Origin: Chara braunii
Taxonomy: Eukaryota; Plantae; Charophyceae
DNA length: 64,000 nucleotides
Assembly: GCA_003427395.1 (NCBI GenBank)
Contig: BFEA01000017.1
Span: forward strand, 1,159,704 to 1,223,703
Reading direction: 5' to 3'
Position numbers and translations under genes: made by a program. Of the stretch, positions 37,652 to 49,277 are shown piece by piece (position 1 is the first letter of the stretch; each line of letters begins with the position of its first letter). The notes under the pieces are model-generated. The model ran no database searches, was not told the DNA's origin, and saw only the letters and a list, made by a program, of their open reading frames with translations.

Positions 37652-38417
37652 ACCACTAGTACCTCCGGGTCTGTTTTTGTCAACCCTGAATTTCACTGCG
37701 CTCCGAGTTTGCCAAGCCTGGGTACCACTTCATTTCTTTCTGGTACTCTTGCGAAAAAANAAAAAAAAAAAAAGAAAAAAAAAAAACAAGTTGTGCCCGT
37801 GAAATCAGAAAAAAGTAAAAAATAAATAAAATGGAAACTAAGTTTTGGTCATGATTGCAGTTGTATACATTCTTGGAAGTGGTAGTGTGAGTGTGCCCTC
37901 AGTGAGGGCATCTCAGCCCTATCGCCAGGTTGTCAGATTCGAAAAAGAGAGTAGAAGGAAAGAAAAACGGGCACACGGATCCGACTGTGAAAATGGTTGG
38001 ATACATTCTTCTAAGTGCTAGTGTGATCACTGTGATGAGCGTTACAGTCCTCTGACAAAACACAGCTTGAGAAAATACCGGGCAGCATGACCGGATCACG
38101 GATTCCACCCTGCCTCGTTGGCAGGGGATTCAAAAGAAACACACGATAAAAAAAAAGAAAATAGTAACATTCAGAATGTGACCGCCTTACCTGTGAGGTG
38201 CATTTTGTAGAGGAGGACTGTGAGCACGACCTCCTGGACTGACGTGCCCGACATCATTGCAGTAGAGAAAACTTTTTTTTTTTTTCTTTTCCTTTTTCTC
38301 GCGGACACTATAAAAATTTGATTTATGGGAAATTGTCGACCATGTGTTCCACCCCCAATTTGTTCGGGAACTGGCGAAAGCTCGTAATTTCCGATCACTG
38401 GCGGAGGTACTAGTGGT
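37652..38417. mobile_element. TTAA-specific non-autonomous DNA transposon (piggyBac/Kolobok-like target), 766 bp
   Basis: Perfect 16-bp TIR ACCACTAGTACCTCCG; TTAA at 37648-51 and 38418-21. Confidence 0.92.
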
Positions 38418-39740
38418 TTAAGACTATTTATTTTGAGTTATTTAATTAAATTCATCCATGTGCGTAAAATGATTTGAGTAAGTCAATTTACTGCTTATTT
38501 ATGTGAGGATATACACCGAATGCTATTGTTTTTTATCAACTTTTATGACCATTCATTTCATAATTATTCACATGGGTTATCTATTTGAGCTACTTATTTG
38601 AAAGTATCAGTCTGCCCCAATTTGTGTAAGCTACTCTATTTGATTATTCATTTATGTCTTTTCATTTAAGCCTATACATTTCGATTGCTTTGAAAAAAAG
38701 CAGTAAAAATGTTGCGCGGAATCCACGTTTGATACGAATTTGGAGATAGGTGGAGTGACCAACTCCTTGAGGAAGGGGATTTTCTCGAAAAGTGGTAAAT
38801 GTGTAAAATCTACTTGGAAAGAAGTTTCAATCTTAAGTTATCTTTTTCATGAAAGATGACTTAAAGGAAGTTATAATCTTGTCTTGTAAGTAGCAGTGAG
38901 ACCGACGGAGAAACTATATTATTGGTCCATAGTGGGGTGTTCTCATCTAATGCTTCATGGTAAAATGACTACATTATTATTGAATAGATAAAAGTGTTTT
39001 GAGCCTTATCAAACTATGGTCTATGAGGGAAGCAACAAATTCGTGCCACAGAGAGGTAGGGGGTGAATCCCAAAGTCTTTTTGTGCCAAGTGGGTTCATC
39101 TGCACGCGAAGGGACAGATCATCCGGGAACATGTATGGTGAAGTTGTCTACTTTATTGATAAGGGTTTTTTTTATCGATAAAGGTCTGCAAAGAGCAAAT
39201 GTTGGAATTGGAGGGAGAAACAGTGAGGCTTGATCCTCGAGCGAGGCTCAGAGATTTACGATGTTATCCATTTTAAAAAATATTGCACTAGTCCTCGACA
39301 CAATATACTTTTGTTAAAGTCAGGGAGTAAAATTTAGTACTTTCTTTATTATTATGTCGGAGAGTACTCATTGTTGGCAAAGTTATTTGACCGAGGCATT
39401 CATTTTGTTTATTGTAACTATTGATATAAACTCCTTGTCGTTAAGATACGTAAATATAAGTTGGTTAATCATCTATTTTACAAATGACGGTTGTGTTGCT
39501 TCAACGATCATGACAACTATTGTGGTTATCATTATTAAAGCATGACATCATTACTATAATAATAATTACGATGATTTTGATGTTAATAAAATTACGAGTG
39601 CATTGCTATTGCAATGTATTATCTTTATTATTTCCTTTTGGGTTGGATGGTGGTAATCATAGGAAGGGACAAATTTTGGTAAAAGTTATCTTTAAGTTTA
39701 AAATTCATGAATGTGGGTTGCAAAAAAGGAGGGTTTCAAC

Positions 39741-40119
39741 CTCCGTAGCACGGCGAACGTGTTTGCACCTCTCCATGTTCGCACGAACGTGTTCGCGCGT
39801 TCGTGCGAACAGGTCGCGAACATGTTCGTGCGAACAGGTGGCGAACATATTTTTTTTCCATAAAAAAAAAATAATAATAAATTGGTTTTTCGGTTTTTGA
39901 TTTTTAACTCATGATTGGCTGAGAATTTGAACATGACTCCAAGGCAAAAGTTGCTTGTTTTATTATTTTACATAACATATATTTTTTCAGATTGAGAAAT
40001 TTATTTATTTATTTTTTTTAATATTTTTTATGTTCGCGTTCGGAGGGTTTTGGGCGCTTGTTCACGTTCGGGCAAACATGTTCGCGTTCTCCTCCGAACG
40101 CGAACACGGTGCTACGTAG
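39741..40119. mobile_element. hAT-like MITE, 379 bp
   Basis: TIR CT(C/A)CGTAGCAC(G/C)G; 8-bp TSD GTTTCAAC (39733-40 / 40120-27); GCGAAC/GTTCGC subterminal repeats. Confidence 0.9.
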
Positions 40120-43100
40120 GTTTCAACATAGTAATGAAAAGCGTATGTTGGACATTTGTTTGTGATGGGCAAAATCCATACATAGCAAAGGCAAGTCAAG
40201 ATGTCGTATGCTAAGGAAGATCCCAACATTGCCTTTCCAATTGAAAGAGGGGGTGGGCTTGAGATACCATTGCCCAGACGAGTTAAGGAAGGAGAATGCA
40301 TCTCTTCCTGGTCGGGAGTATCGATAGGTGCAGGTATCTCTATATAGATTGAGTCCGGCTTCGACGATAATGAGGACAGTGCGGTCGTAAGAGTAACCTT
40401 GTACGAATCATCGTCATTTTAGTCTACACTTGGAATCGAACTGATACTTAGGCATGAAAGTCTGCTTGCAAAACCTTTAAGGCTAGCTGAGGCGGTTGCT
40501 GCAAGGTGGGCAAGAGAAATGTTCCGTGAAGGAGAAGAGTCGGTGTCAGACGTGCGAACAAGTTTGTATTTTATTCAACCCCGTTATGCATCATCCTGCC
40601 GGAGTTTCTAGTACCGAAGTTTTTTCGGAGGACGGACAAGGATAAAAGCAACAACAGAAATCGCTTTAGTAGTGCGGGGATGAGGATACAAGCGTCCTAC
40701 GTGCGAGATGATATATAATTTATACTGAGACCTGTAGTTATTACCCTCTAGCCAAGGACTTAGGAATATGGTTAATATTGTTGACGCTTAAGCGGATTCT
40801 CATGAGTCGGGCAAAAGGGTTAAAAATTGGGATGAGTTTCGAGCGGCAGCATGCCGATAAAGGGTACCTCCATAGCTACCAAGTGCACCTATCATTTGAC
40901 AAAAAACTTTAAGGACTCATTTATGGTCATCTTACTGTTGAGCGCGACTACCATAACTTTAACCTCATGAAAATGTGGGACGAGGAAACAATGTGGAGTA
41001 TGTTGTCGTTCTTTATTTGTGTGGAGTTGAATGAGAAAGTATATAGTACCCTCACGTTAAAATCACGAACTTGGCGGAGCTACCTGGAAACATAGGTTTG
41101 ATTGCATATTGGAATGGTTTCATATATTAATCCGATTATGCTTACCCATATGGGTGCTTGTCGCCGTTCTCGTTTGTTGTGCATGTCTAACTTTCGAAGG
41201 CAGCCATGTCAAGAGGTAATAAGAGAGGACAACCATGAGAGACTCCTATGAGGGCTCCAAAGAGAGGCAAGTCATCCCAGACGACCGGACGTCGTAGGCC
41301 GCGATCTCCATCACCAGAGTTCTCAGTTGACCTCTGCTATGCTAAAGGTCACATCTTTCTATATTTGGATAAAGTATTAGATTACATGGAGGCTCATCAC
41401 GTAGTCTAAGATGATGTAGAGTTATTAGTACGAGTTACCGGTGTGGAAGAGTTCGGGTTGGTGGTTGCTGCGATCAGAGCTGACGCAGAGGATTGAGAGG
41501 ACTTCGAGGAGGGGATGCTTGAGTTGGAGCCGCAACCGCGAGCTATATATGAGAGGATCATACATTGTGATGAACCAAATCTAGACCCCTGCGTACATAC
41601 CTTTGCAAATTTCGGTCTGAATCGGGGATGGACGGATGATGAGATGATTAGAGAGGTGTGGGCATCGACGACTCGTGGTATGCAGACTCATGTGGATAGG
41701 GTCAGGGTCGGGAGGAGTAGCTGAAACGAGTATGACTAAGATCTTAGAGTTGAGCTTAGGTTGTGGTGGCGGATGAGAGAGTTAAGGGAAGAAGACAGTT
41801 GGATACCTCCATTTACGTGGCGAGGTGCGGGGCTGTCTAGAGATAGGACATCTAACACCACGAGGAGACGACCTACCTACCCTTGGCGCGTGAATTTCGC
41901 CCATCCGCCTCGAAATCAAGGTCAAGGTTGGAGGCGAGACCGAGGTTTAGCACGACGTAGAGATGGGGGTTAAAGTCGTAGGAGGTAAAGTGATAGAGAT
42001 ACAATTCTAGCATAGGTATGTTGCTCCGTATGACATATATATTGTGAGAAGGACCGTGTCGGAGTATTATGAACTATTTTCTGTATACTATGTCTGTGTG
42101 GAATTGTGAGTAGATATTGTATACTGTGTTCTGACTTAAGGACATGATAAAACCTGACAATGTTGTTTGAGGTGTTTTATTTTACATCTGTTTTGTGATA
42201 TTCTGGTGTACCTGGTGACCCGATGACTCCTTTAGTTTTAGATGATGATTTGTTAGTCATCTATTAGTTGAGTTTCATGTTGTTTTTTTATATGGATTAT
42301 ACAATGATTCTTTCATTGTGACTACTCTTTAATATTTGACCATTATAACCGACGTTATGTGATATTTGAGCACATCATATGATTATATTGTTTTGCTTGA
42401 GTAGAAGGGTATCGTTGCCCCTCGCTAGGGGATTACTTGTTTTTACTCAACTCACTGGGCTCATGATGTATATGCAACACCTTGTGATGTTGTGACTACC
42501 TTGTTTCAGTTTTAGTTTAGATTGTTCAACTCTAAGTACATATATGACTATGAGACTTTATTGTTTTATTTTGAGCTGGGATATTCAAGTTTCGACTATC
42601 TTCGAGATACGAGTTTGTCTTTTTTATCTTGCGATTACAATCACTCTGACATGTGTGGACTTATCCTGATGTATAACAATTTTTCAGTAAAAGGTTCAGG
42701 TCATACATCTCATGACTTGTGGATCTAAAATGTGTGAACTGCGTACTATTCTACACACTTGTGTCGCTTGTCGTACGAACGGATGAGAGACCTAAGTATG
42801 AAAAGAGAAAGCGCAGTTTAATTGGTAAATTGGTGTGAAGATGCTAAGGGATTTATGTAATGGTGAAATTGAATCTTTATCAATGCTGAATGTTTTATTT
42901 TTTTTAAGCTATGTCGATGACCCATACGTTGGTCTCTCAGTAATGAGTGTTTTTTACGGTTGACTCCCCCGCAAGTGGGAGGTGGTTATGAAACTTTATG
43001 ATTTATTTCCTTCAAGTGAAAGGTGGTTAATGATTTTTTTGGTACTCATCTTCAGCTGGAAGATGTTTTAATGATTCTATAGTTGACTTTCCTTCAAGTG

Positions 43101-43676
43101 GAAAGTGACTATATTATTGAAAACGGCATGGAAAACAGTCTGAATGATAAAGTTTGACGAGAATGACTAAAAAAATGGTTATTCATTGGTGAAATTTTGG
43201 AATGTCGTAAATATGGCGAATTTTTTGAGAAACGATCTTTAAGATGTATCACCTCCTTTGCTCCGATCAAGTTAGAGGTCACAACCCTGTGGATCTGACG
43301 ATGATTTTTTTTTTTTTTTAAGGACGCTATGCCCTCTATGTTGTCGCATAGGGAGCTCGTAAATGCCTTTGAGTCAAACAGACCTCTGCGTAGTCCCGCA
43401 GTAGGTTTGAGTTTATTGCGACCTATTGTTCAACCACTATGATGTTAATCTTAAGACACGCGTGAGGAGATCCACCTAAATGGTAAATTTTAGCATCACC
43501 GGGTTGCAACCTCCTGTGTTGGTTGATGACTAACGCAACCTAGCTGGTGACCCACATCTCTCCAAAGGGTAAGGTTTGAGGGTTGTGGCCTCCTCAGAGA
43601 GTCTTACTCATGAGAGATGGCGGAGGGGTAAAAGTGGAGTCTTTTTTTTTTTCGAGTTCTAATAGAAGTTTTATTC

Positions 43677-43946
43677 TACGTTACCAAACGTACACGTACG
43701 GGGCCTTCCCGTACAAAACGTATAGGTAATATCTGCACGGAAACCTGTACACCCCCGTACGCCCCCGTACGAAGAAAGAAAAAAAAATGTCATAAAAAAC
43801 ATCCAAAAAAAAAATGTGCTGCAACATAACAAAACAAGCAACATTTGGTTGAGCACTATCTGCAGATTCTTATTAGAATTTGAGAAAATAAAATAAAACC
43901 ATTATAAATAAAAAGTCGTACGGGCCCTAGAGTACGAGTAACGTAA
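43677..43946. mobile_element. Possible MITE remnant with CGTAC subterminal repeats
   Basis: TACGTTAC...GTAACGTA ends and many (C)GTAC(G) motifs; no clear TSD. Confidence 0.4.
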
Positions 43947-45242
43947 AAGAAATGAGTACGACTTGTACTCGTAAGGGGTTGAGTACAAATCACAACGCAG
44001 GTCTTATCAGGAAAAGTTGTTTATCATTGCGTAACCATGAGGACACCGTCGCTTAAATAACAATGTGACGGACCGGAAATCTGGCTCGATCACCCAGGCT
44101 ATGGTGGGCCAAGATGAAGACATAAACCTCTTGTACTAAACTTCAGGGGAGGTCTGTGGTAAAAGTTTATAAGTCTGTGGATATCTTGTGAAAAAGGCAA
44201 GAAAGTCTTACAACGGTTTCGGTTAAGGTCAGCGTCCTGAGTTATGACCCCATACGTGGGATGATAACTCAATGGCGACATGACAGTCTAGGACAAGGGG
44301 GAGAGGACTATCGGGAGTTTTATAACAGCGCGAATTATATCTTGTAGTATGTACCAAGTATACCAGCGTTCTATATGAAGACAAAGGAGACCCAGGTTAA
44401 GCTCCTGGCAGCATGTAGTTGTGCCTAACACTGATCAATAGAACCTCCAAACAGAGTTAGTCGGCCGATTGGACTATATTTTTTCTCGTCAGCATTTGAG
44501 TTATGGTTGAATTGGTAGCCTTTGATTGTTTGGAGCGACGGGGACGTTGCTTAATGTGGTCCGATAATTGTCGGTGCGAATATACCCTTACAAGGGTGTC
44601 CGCCCTGGGATTTTGCAGATGTCAAGAAATAAGTTTTGGTTCAAAAATTGGGTGTGAAAGTTAGGTGCACCGCGGAGCCGTGATAAATTTTTCTGTTTTT
44701 AATGACTGACTATGTAGTTAGAGGAAGAATAGCTGAGGGAATGTGTGGGTGCATGAATTTGAGACGCGCGTGATTTTTCTTGTTAATGTTACAGAACCGG
44801 CACAGTTTGCCAACCAACTTCTTGTATTTGATTAAACTAGGATTAAGGATCAGTCCTTTTGGTTGATACGCTTGTTTGCAAGGCATTGTGCCCGACAAGA
44901 CCTGTTCATGCCTGACCGACTATCTAGGTCTCATCGAGTGGCTTCGTGCCCAACGAGACCTGCATGTGAGTTCCCAGACCTGTTCCTGCTCACCCGTGAT
45001 GAATGATGGACCTGAGGTTGTATGGCAGGGAGGACTGAGAGGCAAACAGAGAAAGTACGCATTACGCCCCACAAGAGATGTCTGCTAGGGACAATTTTGT
45101 CATCCGGAGGTCGCAACACGGGCAGGACTGGAGAGGCAGAATTGAACACTGTAAAAATACCATCCTTCAGCTATGTTCCCAGCTGAAGCCGAGTAATGGC
45201 CCCGGTACTCAGATGGATATGTGATGGCTCAATGTTGCATCA

Positions 45243-45340
45243 GGGACGTTGGACCCGGTTTCCAGCAGGTGTTGCTCCCCACCAATAGACAGGAGTGACC
45301 AGAGAAGGGGCTGCTACTAGAGGGAGGTGATCATATCACT
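45243..45340 (+). ncRNA. Structured 3'-end motif, copy F
   Basis: GGGAC-GTTGGA-CCCGGTT-TCCAGC-AGGTGTTGCTCCCCACCAATAGACAGGAG; U-G wobble in the hairpin on this strand. Confidence 0.6.
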
Positions 45341-45345
45341 TACCA

Positions 45346-46200
45346 TTTTTTTTTTTTTTTTTTTTTGAAACAGCCCCTCTAGTGCTAGCGATGCTGGTAA
45401 GAGCAGTCACCGCTAGCACCTGGGGATAGGCTCCATCTATTGGTGGGGAGCATCACCTGCTGGAAAACGGGTCCAGCGTCCCTTATGAGTATGATACAAT
45501 TGAGATACTTTAAAACACTTCAGGATAAACCGTTGGAGAGAACTGCCAGCATTGATTGCCCTGAAGACCAGGAGGGAGATCCCACTACTGATGTATGTGG
45601 AGTAGTGGAGAGGTTGTGTGACTCCGAAGCACCGTGGATCGGACTGGATATCTGCGGTGTGTTTTTATTTGTATTTATGCACCGGGACATATGTGTGTTT
45701 TGGGGGCCTCCCATTGGGTGGTATTTCTTTTCTTTTTGAACAAGTGTTCCTCATGAGGTCCCAAACATCAGTGGAAATCATAACAATTTTTTTTGTGATG
45801 ATTTTCCACCACCTCCACAGTAGGACAGCGGCGGGACACTGAAGGAAGATGTGCTCTATTGTCTCAGAGCATTTTTTACGGGGGTAGCCCTGGAGGCATC
45901 TGTGACACCAAGGCAGTGCTCGCCCCTGCTGTTCCAAATGGGAGTGATCTATTAACCAATCGTTAGTTGGTAGACACTGGTGTGCAATCTGCCACTATAG
46001 GGCGGAGATCTTTGCCGGCCTTTTTCCATAATCCGCAAACCACCTTATGGGTTTGGCAGGCCGCGATCCACGTTGAGATGGCGATACCATCTATGTTCTA
46101 CTGTATCTCGCAGCCTGCGTTTAGGTCAGAGCATTCGGTATACTGACTTAGATTTTAAGCCAGCAAGTGTCAACTCTTTTTACAGCTTGAAATAACACTT
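45346..46200 (-). mobile_element. 5'-truncated L1-type LINE: zf-RVT C-terminus, structured motif copy G (45393-45482) and poly(A)
   Basis: CLPTNDWL...PWCHRC...ETIEHIFLQCPAAVLLWRWW (zf-RVT); poly(T) at 45346-45366 on the plus strand. Confidence 0.85.
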
Positions 46201-46392
46201 CAAACAATTCCCTGAACATAACACACCCCCACGTGACCCTACCTGACCGGGAAGATAGCTTGTATTGTCAAGTTGTATACATTGCCCAGAGTGCAATTTA
46301 AAACCCTTTTGCCCAAAGTGTTTTTTCGAACTCTTTTTGTGACTCCCAAGTCTCCTCCATAATTCCCCCTTTTTCCTTTTTTTTGGGAACAA

Positions 46393-46447
46393 GGCTCCAA
46401 TCTATTCACGGGGAACAACACATGCTGGGAACCGGGCCCAAAGTCCC
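46393..46447 (-). ncRNA. Structured 3'-end motif, copy H (diverged)
   Basis: GGCTCCAATCTATT...GCTGGGAACCGGGCCCAAAGTCCC after a T-tract. Confidence 0.5.
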
Positions 46448-46602
46448 ATATCAAATTGACATACCAGGCCATTACCCGGCTTCGGCTGAGAAAAACAGGT
46501 CATCAAAAGTGTCTGAGAAAATAAGTTCATTCTGTAAACCACAGACACCCACAGAAGCCATCCGAAAATCCTGACCAAAACTTAGATTAAGTTGCCCCCC
46601 CC

Positions 46603-46603
46603 C

Positions 46604-46635
<32 letters not shown>

Positions 46636-46640
46636 GAGAG

Positions 46641-46711
<71 letters not shown>

Positions 46712-46717
46712 GNAGAC

Positions 46718-46788
<71 letters not shown>
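46603..46788. repeat. (CA)n + (GA)n compound microsatellite
   Basis: Direct read. Confidence 0.97.
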
Positions 46789-46790
<2 letters not shown>

Positions 46791-47229
46791 GATGTCTTCA
46801 TCCAAGCTCATAGGCATTTTACCAAGCACACTTACCCTGGTCATTCTGAGACACATACATTTGCTTTCTAATTGCTTGGAATTCCGTTTCGTCTCACGGT
46901 TTGATTGCCATACAACGTTATGATCATACCTTGGCCACATAACAAACTGGTCACATCTACTGGATGAAGCTGCTGATGGGCCGTAACTATCAGTTGGTGT
47001 TTAAGTACAAGGTCATCCATGCACTCGCCTTTGAATTCTGAGTCTCAGAGGAGGGCAATTACGCAGCGCGGGCATAAAATTTCCTCCCTTCCTGTTTACT
47101 TCGTTTGGATAAGATTTGATTGATTGACTTGGATCTGACTGAAGTTGGTTTCATTTTTCTGGAACTATATCTCATCTGCTCTGAGTTGAGTTAGGTCGAT
47201 CTGCACCGATTTAAACAGCTTTAATTACC

Positions 47230-47773
47230 GCAGGCCGGCCCTCGCCATGTCCGATCCAACTTGCAGGAGCGCTTTTAAATTAGTCTTCATGAAGTTTCCC
47301 TCGCTGATTAATAGGGATTCTGCCACGGGGCAGGAACGGGGTGGAACCTCATTAGCAGTTGGTTGGGGACAGCAGTTTCGTGGGCTCCTCCATGGGTCAA
47401 GATGGGTAGCTAATCCGCCCATGGGAGGGCAATCAACCCTGCACATCATCACAGATAATTCATGATCTGAATTGTTCTTGTTGGACCCGATTGGATAATC
47501 CGGGAATTGTTGTTTTTTCTAGATATGTTCCACTCAAACAACTGAACTAGTGGGCAGTTAATCCCCTCGTGAGAGGGCAATCAATTCTTCCCACCATCGA
47601 CAAACTCACAATCGGCTCCATTCCGTGTCTATTTTGTGAAAGGGATGCTGGAACCGGTTTTCAGCAGGTGGAGCCATCTAAACAGGAGGCCGACTATTGG
47701 AGGATGCTGTTATCCCCTTACAATAGTAGGTTGCCGACATATGTTTTTTATTTAAAAAAAAAGGGAAAAAAAG
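47230..47773 (+). mobile_element. LINE 3'-end remnants with motif copy I (47642-47716) and A-rich tail
   Basis: WVANPPMGGQSTL and WAVNPLVRGQSIL match the terminal peptide of the remnants at ~240-290 and ~45550; GGGATGCTGGAACCGGTTTTCAGCAGGTG is followed by A-tracts. Confidence 0.55.
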
Positions 47774-49277
47774 GAGGACAGCTGCCATGCCATGAATGTC
47801 AGTTTGTCATCATGGTCAAAGACAAAGCTGCAATATTGGGAGAGAGGGTGCTCTTGTGAAAGCTTATATAGCTTTAAGCCACGACCGTCAACCAATTTGC
47901 TGAGAAATTCCTAAATTCACCAACATAAGCAAAACAATTGGCTGATTTAGTAGATTCGATCAAAATATGATACAATTCATCAGAATCTGATAGAATTGAC
48001 TGTTCTTACATGATGAGGTCAGAATGGGATAAAAAGGATCAGAATCTGATAAGAATTGACCAGGAAGTCATAGAAATTACTGACTCAATCCCAAGTGGCT
48101 ACGTGGCATTTTGGACTAATTTGGGACTAATTTTGTCTGAGCGGAAAAACATTGATAAGTAGTGGAGAGCACGCGACAGAAAGTGTTCTTGCCTTTCCTT
48201 TTTCTATCCCCTCCTCTTTCTCAACTCCCTCTGATTTGTTCCTAAATCCCAGTTCTGATTACCCCCCACCATCGTCGTTCTTTCTTCCCTCTCCCTTCCC
48301 TTTCCCTTCCCTCCGTTCCCTCTATTCCCCTCACCCCAGGAACCTTTCCTCCCCTCCCTTCCTCGCCCTGCTGTTCATTTTCTTGATTACCCCCCACATT
48401 GTCTCCGACTCTTCTCAGCCCTTCCTTCCCTCCCTTCACCTCCCTCCCTGGTTCTCTCTCTGTACATCATATCGTACCCCTCCTTTTAGTTCTCCCCACT
48501 GCCCATCTCCATATACTGCTCCCCACCCAACCCCCCTTCCCTACTCACTCCCTATTTTCTCCCTCCCCCCTTCTCTCTGTTTCCCACCTTCTCTCTGTTT
48601 TCCACTAAGTATTGACTGCGTAGGAAAAATCAAATATAGTCTCAGACAAAATCAACCCTGAACATGGCTACACTACCCTCCTTGTCCTCAAAAAGGGTAA
48701 AAGGGAAGACCTCCTTCTTATTTTACCAAGGAGCGATGCGCCATGTCACCATGAGGCAATTGGGACAATCACCATACAATAGGTCGTTGCCTGCACCCTT
48801 TTCGACAACCAAAATGCAGAACCAGAGGAAAATATCTCCAACATCAGTAACGACGGTGAATTCTAATGTCCCCTACACTCAGACTGCCCTATGGGCCCAG
48901 CCTGACGGTTAGCCCTATGGACATAAACATTGTAGATGGAAAGCAGGACAAAGCAAACTCAGAGCAACAATCAAGACAGGATGTGTCCTCTCCTTCACAG
49001 TCAAAGGAAAAAGAAATGGACATTCCACTGAGTCTAGCTGAGAATATTAGGGGTGAAGATCAAGAAATGCTTACAGAGGAGGAAAAAGCAGAACAAGGAA
49101 GCTTCAAAAAGAATCCAGTCAAACGATAGTCGGAGCGGTGCATTAGCGTTGGAGGCGGCGGTGTGTAGGACCTCGAGAAGAAACTGGTCCGTGCTGCAAG
49201 GCACGGGCCGGCTAAGCCCCCCCGCGATAAGGGAGAAGGGGAAGTGCTTCGTTTTCGTCAACTCCAAGATTCCCCGG

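Noticed and set aside
41230-41973. Possible gag-like remnant in the AT-rich 36.8-44 kb region
   Set aside because: Coding-like composition, but no motif I can identify with confidence.
44040-45090. Possible degraded gypsy integrase (LWWAKMK, IVWSDG)
   Set aside because: Only isolated short motifs; no HHCC or DDE spacing could be reconstructed.
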